Origin: Eremomyces bilateralis CBS 781.70
Taxonomy: Eukaryota
DNA length: 64,000 nt
Reading direction: 5' to 3' (one strand)
NCBI GenBank assembly: GCA_010015585.1
Contig: ML975189.1
A program made the translations under genes and the position numbers. The notes under the pieces were generated by a model. It was given only the letters and a program-made list of their open reading frames with translations, was not told where the DNA came from and made no database searches. This document shows, one piece after another, positions 1-11,942 of the stretch; position 1 is the first letter of the stretch; each line of letters starts with the position of its first letter.

Positions 1-375
1 AGGGCTGAAAATACAGTTGCAGACTTAGGAGGGCCTGCTGGCAAGAAAAGGAAACGGGTTCAGCCCAATCTGAACGAACGATTTGTTCAGATTGATCAGA
101 TTGTTGCGGCTTAGGAGGCAGCTAGGGAGAGGGAACAAACGCTTTCAAATTAACCCGGAGGAAACGTCTTAATAATTGCAGAAGGCAATTTTTAAGTCAC
201 TCTATCCACAATTTCAATTACAGCTATAGAAAAATATATGGTGGTGGTTACATTCCGCAAAATCCATTCGTCTTTGTGTCCTATTGGAGTTGTGGTGGGG
301 GTGCACGGAAACTGGGTCCGTTGACTTAGTGAAAATCCCTTATCTTTCTGAAAAGACTCTCCACTGATCGCGTAT
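1..375 (+). mobile_element. Decayed 3' end of a Fot1/pogo-type (Tc1/mariner superfamily) DNA transposon
   Basis: Frame +1 from base 1 reads RAENTVADLGGPAGKKRKRVQPNLNERFVQIDQIVAA*EAARERE. This resembles the C-terminal KRK.V..dpNe.F..I..I..AQ segment of fungal Fot1-like transposases, with an in-frame TAG at 112-114 where Q (CAG) is expected. A possible right end (...CCACTGATCGCG followed by TA) lies at ~361-375, but the partner TIR is outside the window. Confidence 0.55.
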
Positions 376-568
376 ATACAGAACCATTACCTGCTCTGAC
401 GCCACCTCCCAGACAAGAAAGGAAAATCTGCATCCCTGCGAGAGCACATGGAATATCTCGAGGCTATATCTTGGAGTGACTCTACTACTCTAAGCCCCGA
501 TGAACAAAAATCAAGGGCATTGTTTTGCTTCCGAAGAAAATATCTCGTGCTGCCCTAACATGCGCAGC

Positions 569-2195
569 CTACTTGCGCAACAGTATCTTGGTAGCCAACC
601 AAAGCCCCATGCAGGTAAGACTAGTAGTGAGAAGAACATGAGACAGACCAACGATAGCACCTTGCTCAAAAAATCCAAGATTCTGACCTTTCCTCTGCCG
701 TGGTGGGTTGAGCTTCTCCGCCGTCAGGATTGCCAACAAGTTGTTCTTTTGGACAACAGGGGGGAACGCTAAGATATGAGAAGGGATAACGGCAGCTGCA
801 GGTGTTCCGGTTGCTACGGGCCGCGCAGTGGAGTATAGCGATCCCGGAACCGCGGTGACAGGAAAATGATTTGCCGGAAGAAAGATAGATTGCAGAGGAA
901 TGCAGTTAATGTACGTGGCAGCCGCTGTGATGAACGAGGAGAGATATCGCGACTCCGACGGATTTCCGTACAAGAACAAATTCGTAAATCCTTCGGGGTT
1001 TAATTGGCCTGCTAGAGTGATGGTGCATTCTAAGCTGGTAGTTGGCATAACATATAACAACCTGGAGGGAGAAATGAATAGGTGTTCAAGTGATGGAAAG
1101 TATTCCCACGTCCTAGAGAGTCAGCAAAGATCACCTTTGAGAGGGTGAAGATACTTACTTCCAATTTGGGTCTCCAATCAACATGGTAACACCACCAGGC
1201 AGATGCAAGACACGGCCTGCATGACTCTCAAATATCAAGACCTGGTCCGGAGAGAGTTCGTTGGATTTCTTTAACCCCTGTTGGCTTCCGTCGAGACTGT
1301 TGCTTTTTTGTCTCATCGACAAAACTCTTAGAGTCTCAGTCTCGAACTCTCGCAGCACGAACTCGTCGATCAAAAAAATCGGTGTCGTAGAACTGGGTCC
1401 AAGGGTCGGCTGCACTGATTGGGCTTGAAGTATTTCCTCGGTGGCATTTCGAACTTGCGCGTGTCGCGTTACAACCACAATACTAGCCTCTGGAACCGAA
1501 GACAAAACTCGAAGAGTTGGGGTTGCTAACAGGAACTCGCTTTCTCGAAATATCGTGAGATGCTCTTCCAGTTGGGGGACAATCCCATTGAACCGGGAGT
1601 GTTTCAGGGTTGCAAGAATATTCACCGCATCTTCCTTTGACTCTGGGAAAACAATGGCAGTGGCCTCAGCATCAAGCGAAGATTGTTTGAAGACTTCCAG
1701 GAGCTCTTTGGAAAAGGTCGGGGTCGCTGCCGGCAAGAGAACCATTGTTGAATTGCCCGCTGCGATAGAACATGCGAGAGGAATAATGCTGGAGGCCAGC
1801 GGCAGAAAGGGATCGGCCAGAATCAGCACATTGCCCAAAGCACTATATCTATCTAGATCCTCAGCGCTCTTCTCAATCTCCCTTTCCCTCTTAAGGGTTT
1901 CAGATAGGCTCTGTTGTCCGAAAAGCTGACTAATTGTACGCAACACCACGATGATCTCGAGCAATGAATTGTTCACTCCTCGATTCGTATCTATGATCAG
2001 TTAGCGATCCCACCTAGTCAAGACAATTTAGAAGGGTCAAAAGTTACCCGACGAAATAGCATTGGTTAAACCCTGCGCATTTTGAAGAATGGCACGGTGC
2101 ATTGCCTGCAGCTCCTCCTGTCGTTGTGTAGGATTTTCCAGTCGACCTTCCAGCCTGCTACCGTCGAGCGCCACGTATTGCGAGATGATATCCAT
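569..2195 (-). CDS. Aldehyde dehydrogenase-like protein (ALDH3/HFD1-like fold) with degenerate catalytic motifs and C-terminal TM helix
   Basis: Three exons: 2195-2048, 1990-1159 and 1112-569, with GTAA../..AG introns. ALGNVLILADPFLPLASSIIPLACSIAAGNS resembles the ALDH PLGvvliI.pWNyP...aiAAGN segment. LTNLFLYG..ESRYLSSFITAAATYINCIP resembles the ALDH C-terminal region. Hydrophobic tail near the C-terminus. Confidence 0.75.
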
Positions 2196-2514
2196 GATCA
2201 AAGATGAACAATGTTCAAAGCGCAGGGGTTTATTTCTGAGGGAGTATTCGTTCAGGTTTTGGAGAAATCTTTCTACACACACGACGCGCAACGTCAGACA
2301 TCTGGTGTGGGATGCCCCGGATATGCGGGGTCCACCGCCCTACCCGGATATATGTGCTGCATGCTGATGTCGATTTGAGATTGCGACCACTCGGTAAGGA
2401 TCCAGAGTGGAAAAAGGTGAGTAACTCGATCATGGTGCTTCGAAGATCATGCCATTGTGTTCAGTGATTTTGTTGATTCTAAGGTAATCGTACCAGTTAC
2501 GATTAGCACATACA

Positions 2515-3530
2515 ATGCCGTCTGCTAAGTTGTCGCGTATGCTTTACCCATCCACCTCCGAAGTCAATTACTGATGAATTTTTAGATCCAACTCCGGTGT
2601 TCTTCTTCTCGCATGGCTCAACCATGATGTTGGGGGAGGACTCGGAGCCGGCGGCGTTCTGGAAACAGGCGGGCAATGAGGCGCTCCGACGAGGAGTTAA
2701 GAGCATTGTGATGATGGGCAAGTACGATTCCAGTCCAGGTGTCGCTCGATTTAACTGGCTGTAGGTGCCCACTGGGAATGTGTTGGCGATAAGATCCAGG
2801 TTGCCATGAGTCCGAGCCCAGGAAAGAATCCAGTATGCAAACAATTCAGAATACACGCAGATTCACAGACTAACTGCGTTAGGTGGCATACGTAAAGAGA
2901 GAACGATACGAGAACTTTAAACTGGTGCCCGACCTGCCCATGGGCGAACGTGTCCTTGAGATGCTCCGCAAAGGTGGTTTCAACGCTGAACCTAATCACA
3001 AGTTCAACTTTATCCATGACTCTTTCCTACTACTCATTCGCATGTTCGCTGAGCGCGGGAGTAATATCCCCACCGTCCTAGTGTCGGCCAATTCTCGGTT
3101 TGACCCGCACTTCCACGCAAAGATTGGCGTGGTGCTGCGTCCACTACGTTACGAGAACGTACTTCTGATCGGCTCGGGCGGCGCGGTGCACAATCTGTAT
3201 CGTAACCACTGGATGCAGATGGTCCTGTACCGTGACAACTTTGCTATGCCCCAGCCACCAGGGGAATTTGCTCTCGAGTTCCGACAGGCAGTCGAGGATG
3301 CCATCACGATGAACAGTGGACCAGCCTTGAGGCGAGCAGTTACTCGGTTGATGAAACACCCACGCTATCGGGAAGCGCACGGCACCGATGAGCATTTCAT
3401 CCCAATGTGTTTCATAGCGGGAGCTGCAGGAGACAAAGCAGACGAAGGAACGAAGAATGTTATGACTGCGGAGTGTTGGGAGCTTGTGGCCATGGCGAAC
3501 ACTCAATTTCAATTGGGTGAGTGGGTATAG
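2515..3530 (+). CDS. Extradiol aromatic ring-opening dioxygenase, LigB / 4,5-DOPA dioxygenase family
   Basis: Exons 2515-2536, 2586-2717, 2765-2832 and 2883-3530. Motifs FFFSHGSTMM, GAHW, FIHD, LRPLRYENVLLIGSGGAVHNL and AHGTDEHFIP carry the LigB/DODA metal-binding histidines. Confidence 0.9.
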
Positions 3531-3581
3531 AAAAATGGAAAATAGAATATCATTGTGCAATGCGAGCCGCTGTTGTGAAGC

Positions 3582-4066
3582 TCAGAATTCTCCTCCAACC
3601 TCATATCGAAACGCCCGATCGAACACCCGACCACCAGTGTTCCTCCATATTGCTGCATACATCTTTGCTTCAGTTAGCCGTCGGCCGAAATGCCCACTGA
3701 GGTTAGAACACGTACCGCGATCAGGCTGCAACCTGAGAAGGTCATCGACATCAGTACACCTATGACGAGATTTGCGCCGACTGGTCTGACTTCACGAACC
3801 AATTCGTGGTTGATAGGAGCATAGTCTGGCACCCGCCGATGTTGAGTGGACGGCCACCATGTCGGATTGGTTACCCCGGGAACTCCGGGGTGAGGCTCTG
3901 TAGTTGGATCGATCCGCTCCGCCTCGGACTGTACCGCAAGGTCGGCCCTGGCTTCCTCCACAACCTCTGAATCTCTATTTCCAGTCTGATGGATGGCATA
4001 GTCGCTTGCGATGAGCCGGATAGTGGCTCGATCAAGGTCTGTTGCTGTCGTGTTGAGTGTAGACAT
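3582..4066 (-). CDS. Small hypothetical protein with a hydrophobic C-terminal segment
   Basis: ATG at 4066. The ORF runs to ...NPTWWPSTQHRRVPDYAPIN...LVIGVLMSMTFSGCSLIA, then a GTACGT donor with a GCTAAC branch site, then a last exon reading ..AIWRNTGGRVFDRAFRYEVGGEF* (TGA at 3584-3582). The exact acceptor is uncertain. Confidence 0.65.
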
Positions 4067-4208
4067 TGTGTATGTGGCATGGACGGCAATTGTTTTGGGA
4101 TTTGAGTCAAGTTCATGGAATTTGGCACCAAGAGGTTGAGATCTCGAAGACGGGGGGTCGTGTCGCCCTAGCGTATACACCAAATGGTGTCCCCACAGAG
4201 CCGACCCC

Positions 4209-7147
4209 TTAAAAACTCCGCAAATCCGCCTGTTGACGTGACCAATCGCGATTTCGGAGTGTCGATAACCAATGCTCCAGGCCTTGGCTTAGACCCCAGC
4301 CACCTAAATCGTCCAGTAACTGCACACCAACATCGGCAATGCGGTACGATGCTCTCTGGCGACATATATTGCCGACATCGTTCAGATGAGCTCTAAAACT
4401 CTCATCGCCTTGAATCCACGCCTCCCTCCGTTGATCCAGCTCCCCGTCATCTAGCCGAATCACCGAACCACGTTCTCTGGCCCGGATACCGTGGGAGTAT
4501 GAGGGAGAGGAGACCACCTCGGTCATATGGCTGTAGGCCCAAATGGTTACCGTAGCCAGCGCAATCATGATGGGGGTACACGGGGCTTGGAACTTGAGCC
4601 CCTTCGACTTGCCAAGCAGTAATCCTGCATAAGAGACGGCACGCCTTGCCACGCAGCCATTTTGCTCCTTGATCCAGTGATCAATGACTTCTTTTGGCTC
4701 CTTCTCATGTTGCATGGTATTGCGGCGGTGCACATAACTCAGAAGAGCTTGCCTGGGGCTGCATAGAAGCATAGAAACACACAAGTTGTGGCAGTCCACA
4801 CTGGAGTTGAGCATGGACTTGGTATTGAGGGGGCCCGAATACCAGCCTTGAAGGAGGAAAATCGCTTCATTGGCTGAATCGTTAATAAAAGACCGCTCGG
4901 AAAGCGCATTGGAAACGAAGGGGTTTCCAGACAGGGTTCGTATCGTCCGTATCGTCCGGTAGAGAGCAAATGTGAGAATTAATCGTCCAAAATCACTGAT
5001 GTTTTTCGGAAGGGTTTTATTATTTCCAAGTTGGGCCAATGCCTGCTGAACGGTCAAATCATCGTCGTGGTCTGGGTTAAGTTTAGTGTTTGTTTCGTAG
5101 AACCAAGAACAGGGGGGGGATACTGTGCTGCAAGTATAAATTCCTCCACCACTCTGGAGAGGATGCGGCCCATAGGTCTTCAGAGCAGGGCAACAGTAGC
5201 TCTAGCTCAGCGAGAGATAGGTATGGCACCGCGTCAAAATACAGCTCATTTTGAGCGTCAATGAGCTATCTTCCTCAGTACTAGCAACATGCAAGGGCTT
5301 TGGGATACGTACAAAGGTACAGAAGCCTAGTCGTCGACGTGATTCATCTTCGATCCACTGCTGCCACTCCTCCTGGTAAGACTGCTTTTCGGTTATGGAG
5401 TCCAAGTTTAATACTCGTGTTGGCATTCTTCGGAGCACGCCTTTTCGACGACATTGAGTAATGCTTGCGTTTCGTCCACTCTCTGCGATTTCCAATAGCC
5501 TCCTATTTCCGGAATATGTCATTCCGACAGACCCGAGGAGAAGTGCTTGAGTAAACCACAGCTCTCGAGCATGCGAATTGTCCCCCTCGATCTTGACGAG
5601 TTAGCAATTAGCAAAATGCTGAGTTGAACCAACTTACGGCTGAGGCAAGTGATCGTCGGAGGAGCTCTTGGAGCGCGTTGGACCCTGTGGCAGCGTACGG
5701 TACCTTGGAGTATCGAAAGCCAATGGTTGCAGTAGCGAGCACCAATTGCCAAGGAGCGTTTCGTGGGTCAAAGGATGGTTTGTGCAACAGCGGGAAAATG
5801 GGATGGAAGTATTCGAAATATAGCTGTGTAAAACAATCAAACGCCTCGATCGAGGGTAGATTGGCGTTATGGAAAGGCCGAAAGAGGGATGATCCAACCC
5901 TTTTCATACTTTGATATATTTCATGGTACGCTTGTGGGCTCAGACTTTCAACATGACCAAAGCTTTCCGCCTCGAGAATGTCGAGGGGAAATTCACTCAT
6001 ATCGGGGAAAGAAACCAAGTTGTCGGACTTTGTTGGATCCCAATTCGTGGGCCATTCTCGTTCCAAATCTGCCTTTGCTTTAGGGCGATCCCCTAGCTTG
6101 CCTTGGTTTGTTGGACCCCAATGCCCCGTGATGTGGCCCATCGGGACCTGATGCGTAGGCGGATGTTGATCTGGAGGCTTGTACAGCTGGGACATTGGGA
6201 AGTCATTCTGACCGAAACCTGTGTCGTGCGAGGACCCGGGGTAGCCCAAAGTGCGGGAAGCGTCATATGCCATAGACGGCCCCGGATCTAAAAAACAGTT
6301 GTCGGTGGTAATCCAGTCCATGACAGAGAAGTCGCTGTCTCCATTCCAGTTGAAGTTCCATGTAGGCACGGCTGTTGATGGAATATCCCCAATACTTGGT
6401 CCGCTGCCAAAGAACGCCGAACTTTCAAGTGCATCCTGCGAGGCCTGCACGGATTCCTGCTGGGTATCGATCACCAACGGTTCCGAGGACGATAAGGGCA
6501 CCTGGTCTGTCAGATGCGATGGAAGCAGACTGGAGGTCTCGACGAATGTAGCCGTTTCATCCATGCGGACGGAGCGATCTAACGATGGAGGACGGCTCTG
6601 CAGTGAAGGGCGACGCTCGGAAGTGCTATACTCAACATTTTGGTCATCGCCAAGCTCTCCCGGGTCGCTTTCGTTCCCCTTGACGGGCATTTCCCGTAAT
6701 TCTTCGATGGTGGGAATACGCTTCCGTGATCTCCCTAAGTACATGCAGTTGATGCCCTTGGACTGGCAGCGAGCACACGGGGACTCTCCGTCGCAGCGAA
6801 GTCGAACCTTTCCACACTGGGCGCATGCTCGGCTAATGCGAATACTGCCTGGCTTGGAAGAGCTTCGGCCGGTATCTTCATGAATAGGAAGATGACGTAG
6901 AAGGGTGTCCCTGCGTGCAAAGTCAGAGACGGGAGAGATAGACGACCTATAACACGTTGACCTACTTGCGATTAAACGATTTGTGGCAGACGTAACATGA
7001 GTACGGTTTGCTCCCTGTGTGGGAGATTATATGACGCGATAGGTGCTCGAGACGCCCGAAGCCAGTATCACAAAGCGGGCACACATGAGAGCCGGAATTT
7101 CCCTTGTCCTTCGCAGGATCAGGCGCCGCCGGGGGCTGAGCATGCAT
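4209..7147 (-). CDS. Transcription factor with two C2H2 fingers, a Zn(II)2Cys6 cluster and a fungal-specific TF domain (Cmr1/Pig1-like architecture)
   Basis: Exon 1 reads [39 protein letters not shown]. After the intron at 6965-6911 it continues [10 protein letters not shown]...[28 protein letters not shown]. Later come [19 protein letters not shown] and [15 protein letters not shown], typical of the fungal TF middle homology region. Further introns at ~5637-5592 and ~5311-5265. Confidence 0.9.
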
Positions 7148-7368
7148 GCTACGTGCGATGATAATGTGCCCAAATCCCAGTGCGAAGAGCCAGAATCGAT
7201 GTTAATATATGGCGAGGAGCATTGCACGTCCTACTGCACATGACGACGGAGTTAGGCGTAGACAAAATCTTTAGAAACCCAAGAAGAGGAAAGACCATGG
7301 CCGGAAGTGATCGTCGACGTGGTGAAGGATGGAGATGGAGGCGAAAGTGACGTCCACTTCGGCGAGCT

Positions 7369-7400
7369 CTTCCCCGCGTCTTGCAGGGACCTTCCCCGCG
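7369..7400. promoter_or_regulatory. Paired CTTCCCCGCG direct repeat (GCGGGG on the - strand; fits the SYGGRG CreA/Mig1-type consensus)
   Basis: Identical 10-mers at 7369-7378 and 7391-7400 in the TF/monooxygenase divergent promoter. Confidence 0.4.
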
Positions 7401-8231
7401 ATCTTTAGGGTGATTGGACGTGAGTACAGCTTAAGTCGCATGTAAAACGTGGATGTTGTAGCCTTTGTAGGATGTGGAACCAGCTTAAGAGGGTCGTGTT
7501 AAAGATTTGGCGTGTATTGCCGCTAGTGGGCATTTGCTTAGGCATTTATTCCGGCATTTCCTCCGTCCGGTAGCTAGGGTGGCCTGATGAAGTGGGAACT
7601 ATCACAGCTATTAGTCCGAACATGGCGGGGCTATGCTTTCTCATTTCTTTCTTCTTTCCTCGGGTCCTATGCTAGTTAGCTATTCAATAAATTAGACTAG
7701 AACCAAGCAGATCTCCCTCAAGTACTGTGAGTCTGTGGCACTTCTTCCGCTGGCTATGCAATATTAATTAGGGGATGAAGCTCGGTTCTCGCAGATCTTG
7801 CAGCAAATGAGCTAAATCAACAACACTTAGTGTGTAACCTTAAATTAAGTTAACCTTTCTGGAAGTTAATTTCTTGTTAGGTTCTTTCACGATGTTAACA
7901 TACTCTTTGATTAGCCGCTTCGATCCTCTATTTCTCTCAATATCTAGTGCGATAGAGATGCTATATCAAGGCTCGAGCTTTTTCCTCTACTCCTCTACAA
8001 GGCCTTTGTATTCGAGACATCGGTCTAACGCGGCTGGTGAAACTTGTCTCATCCCCTGACCCCCGCACATCCGACATACTCCCACACATCCGATACAGCC
8101 ATGTTTGTACAAGTAGTCCTCGGTCGTGGAATTTCAAAATCGTTAGGTATGCCACAAAGCTGGTCAATTCCGGCCGCTGAAATCCTGGATCGTACGAATC
8201 CTGCTGCATGTTGCAGGAAGCCCATTCATCC

Positions 8232-9866
8232 ATGTCTGGATTCAAATTGATCGTCATTGGTGCCGGTCTGGCCGGATCGCTCCTCAGCAATGGGCTGCTT
8301 CAAAATGAAATCGACTTTATCGTTTATGAATCCGACCCCGAATCCGCCCAAAGGGAAGGCTATCAGATCCGGCTGGGGGCTCCAGCCATTGCTGGTTTCA
8401 AGGCTTGTCTGCAAGAAGATCAACTCACCAAGCTTTACCCCATGTTCGGCAGGTCAGGCGGCGTGATATCCTCCGCCCCTGCTCTCTACGACGAGAAGCT
8501 CAATCTGCTCCTAGATTTGCCCAAATTCCCGGCATACACTAAGTCGGCGCCCATAAATCGCGCAATATTAAGAGATTTTCTCGCGTCACCGGTTGCAGTA
8601 GCAGGCAAGATTCGATATGGCAGGCGTTTCGCAGGATACCGGTCGGTCAATGGCGCATCGGGGACCAAAGTCGTTGTCAGTTTTGATGATGGCTCCGAGG
8701 ATGAATGCGATCTCCTCATCTCCGCAGAGGGAACGAGCTCAAGGGTATGTAACGCCATCCTCAACCTTCATCGTATTAACTCTGGTGCGTAGGTGAATCG
8801 CCAAATCGGTCTCAACAACATTGTTCAATTGACGCGGCAATGGAACTTTTTGGCAAAGGGAAATCTTCCCCCATCGACTTTGCTCAAGCTCGGCCCGGAG
8901 ATACAAAGGGCGCCAATGTCCGTCCTCTGCAACGGCATGATTCTCTTCATCTCAGGTTCGTTTCGACAGTCCTCACGCAAAGGCGCCGCTAATGAATGGA
9001 CAGCATATCTTCCAGACGGATATAAAGATGAGCCTCGCTCTGATAAGGATGGTAATAAGAATTTGGATTACGATGCCGATATAGCGTCCATTTTCTGGAG
9101 CTTATCCGTCCCTGCGGACCGTGTGCCTAAGAACGGCGCTCAAGGCATTTCCAACAAGCTGGACTTTTGTGTGGACCAGATCAGGGATTGGGACCCTCGA
9201 TAGTACGTACGATGCTCTTTAGCATCATGCCTTCTGCTTACGGCCCTTAGTCACGACATGCTACGATCGATAGGGGAGGAATCCATCAACGTATTTCAAG
9301 CACGGGCGAGCAAAGAACCTCCCAAGCACTGGCGACAGAAGGTCAAGTCACCAGAGGATCCGAACTTGGGCAACGACCATGTTTGGCTGTTGGGTGATGC
9401 CATCCACTGCATGCTCCCTAGCAGGTGAGTTGAAACCATCTAGGTCTTCTCAAGGCTAACCAGATGGCAGGGGCATGGGTGGGAATCAAGCCATGTGCGA
9501 TACGGCAGATCTACTACCGGTTATAAAGAATCTAGCTCAGAAAGCGGAAGCAGGAGGGCTTTCGGACGAAGATTTCTCCATCGCCGTCACAGAGTACGAA
9601 AGTAGAATGTTTCCACGAGCATTTGGATGGGTTCGTACCAGTGGAGGGACCGGTGATAAGGTAAAGCAGATCCAAATTTCTCTGCCATCGCGCCCGAAAC
9701 ATGATGAGACTAATTGTGGTAGGGACCCCCTGAGATGTCTGGGATATCAGGGCGAATTTTGTTGTTCTTCATGGCGCGTGCCCTGGATCTTGCCTATGTG
9801 TACTCAATTGCCCAGCGACTATTTGGATACTCCCCCCCAGATGATGCACCGGAGTTGCCCAACTGA
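8232..9866 (+). CDS. FAD-dependent monooxygenase (group A flavoprotein, aromatic hydroxylase-like)
   Basis: Six exons splice in frame: 8232-8744, 8793-8955, 9004-9202, 9251-9424, 9471-9660 and 9723-9866. Motifs: IVIGAGLAG (GxGxxG), DLLISAEG (DG motif variant) and WLLGDAIHCMLPSRGMGGNQAMCD (GD motif). Confidence 0.9.
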
Positions 9867-10256
9867 TGCATCTTTCGTCATCCGGGTAAGTCAAAGGGAT
9901 ACAGAGTAACTCTAGCTTCGATTTGAAATCGCAATGCCGCGGTAGATTAGATTAGCATCAAATTCCGTCTTGACTGGCCATAAGTGTAACGGAACACTCA
10001 ATCAGATTGAGTCGCCTCTAACACAGGACAGGGGCCAATGGGACTCATCAGAATCAATTCCAGGGGTCACTAGGCACTGGACATGAACAATGGTTGAAAG
10101 GCTCATTCAAACTTCATCTAGACCTATCCTCAATATTCATCTATAACCGTCACCTGTACTTCATCAGGAGCATATCCTTCTCGAAACATCCCCAAGAGAC
10201 TTTGTACATGAAGCGATGTGAACTTGAGAGAAATTTCAAATAGACTCTACAGTCCA

Positions 10257-11942
10257 TCAAATGTGCCGTCTCTTAACCGTCACCATCATATCCGATTTGT
10301 AGAGGAAAAGCTTCAGCTCCTCGGTCCAGAGCCTGTTCAGATCTCGAGGTATAATGTCATATCTCCTGACCAGCTCAGCAATCGTCTTGAACAGCTCGAC
10401 AAAGGCAAGATTGCGTCCGATACATCTGAAGTGAAACTTAGTGGTTGTATAACAAGGATATGGCAGGTTGTCAAAGCACAAACTTACATTCTCGCTCCGT
10501 GGCCAAACGCAAACTCATAGTCCTTCATAAGTTTAGTCTTCGCATCGTCCTCTAACCATCTCTCTGGTCGGAATTTCTCTACATCTTTACCGTACAAGTC
10601 CGCGCTCCTACCAATGACCCAGTTGTTTACACCCACCTCCGTCCCCCCAGGGACGTAGTAGCCAGGTAAAATCTCCACACCTTGTTCGGGCGTTCTTCGT
10701 GTAAATGCTGCGCCGACCGACGGACTGAATCGAAGTGTCTCATTGATCACTGCGGTGAGATAGGGAAGTTTGGCCAAATCAGCATAGCGAGGGACTTGAT
10801 CTTGGGGTAGGTGTCCCTCTGAGTATGCAGTATCAATTTCCTCGCGAAGTTTGGAAAATACCCCTGGATTGCGGAGGAGAAAGCCGACGCAGCCAAGAAT
10901 TGACATGGCTGTCGTATCGCCACCAGCCACCAGAGCGGCAACAACCTCTCCCCGGACTTGATCTCGATGAATAGGAGAGCGGTCAGGATCCTTTGACGAG
11001 ATGATGGCATTCAGAAGATCTTTCTTCTCGCTCGGTTGCTTATAGCGTTCGCTAACGATGTTTGCTGCAACCTGTGGGGTAGTCAGCCAGTGCTCCTGAA
11101 ATCTCCGGTGCTCTTACCTTGAGTGCCAGGCCAATGCCTTGGTTGTCTGGAGGCTTCAAATACTTGGATAAAGGACCACTAAACAGCGTGCCGAGCGATG
11201 GCACCACCGAGAGAATAATAGCGAATACGTGTCCGCCCTGGAGCCCAGAAATGATCCCATTGGCGTCTATGCACGTCCTCAGACATCCAAATGATTCTCC
11301 AAAGGCTAGATCGCTGATGATATCGACTGTGAAGTAGTTGATCCACTTGCTGAAGTCAAAATACGACTCGTTTGCTGCTTCCTCGTCCAGGCGATCCTCT
11401 AGCTGCTGTACAATCTTATCGATCTGGTCCTCCATGGTCAAGATGGTGGTCATGGTGTACGCGCCACCCACCTTGCGGCGAGCAGACTGATGTGTCTGAG
11501 CATCGACGGCGAAGAAGATAGGAGGGTGCTCCGAATTGATGCCAATAGTGGGAAACGTGTTAGGACGGGAGAAGGAGTCCTTCCCGCGGCCGTAGATTAC
11601 CTTGATCGCGTGATAATCACTGAACGACAGCGAATTTGGTCCATCACGAACAACCGGGCCGTACGTTTGGTGTAGGTCCTGGTAAATCAAGTGCGCCCTC
11701 TTTGAATACTGCGCGTGCGTCCGCCAAAAGGGAGAGATTCTTGCCAATACCTGTCATCAGAATCAGCAGTCAAGATTGGACATGGGCTGAGCATTGAACT
11801 GTACCGGGCCCGGATATCTCGCGAGAGGGTGCAAGAGGATTCGATAACTAGATTTCCCAAGTAAGTAGATTCCAAAATAAATAATCCCATAACGCAGCAA
11901 ATGGTGCGCGAGAAATATTGTCCCCTCCAAAGACGCCGCCAT
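10257..11942 (-). CDS. Cytochrome P450
   Basis: N-terminal TM anchor followed by HPLARYPGP. I-helix AGGDTTA, ETLR and PERW are present. The heme motif FGHGARM|CIGRNLA is split by the last intron. Four exons. Confidence 0.95.
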
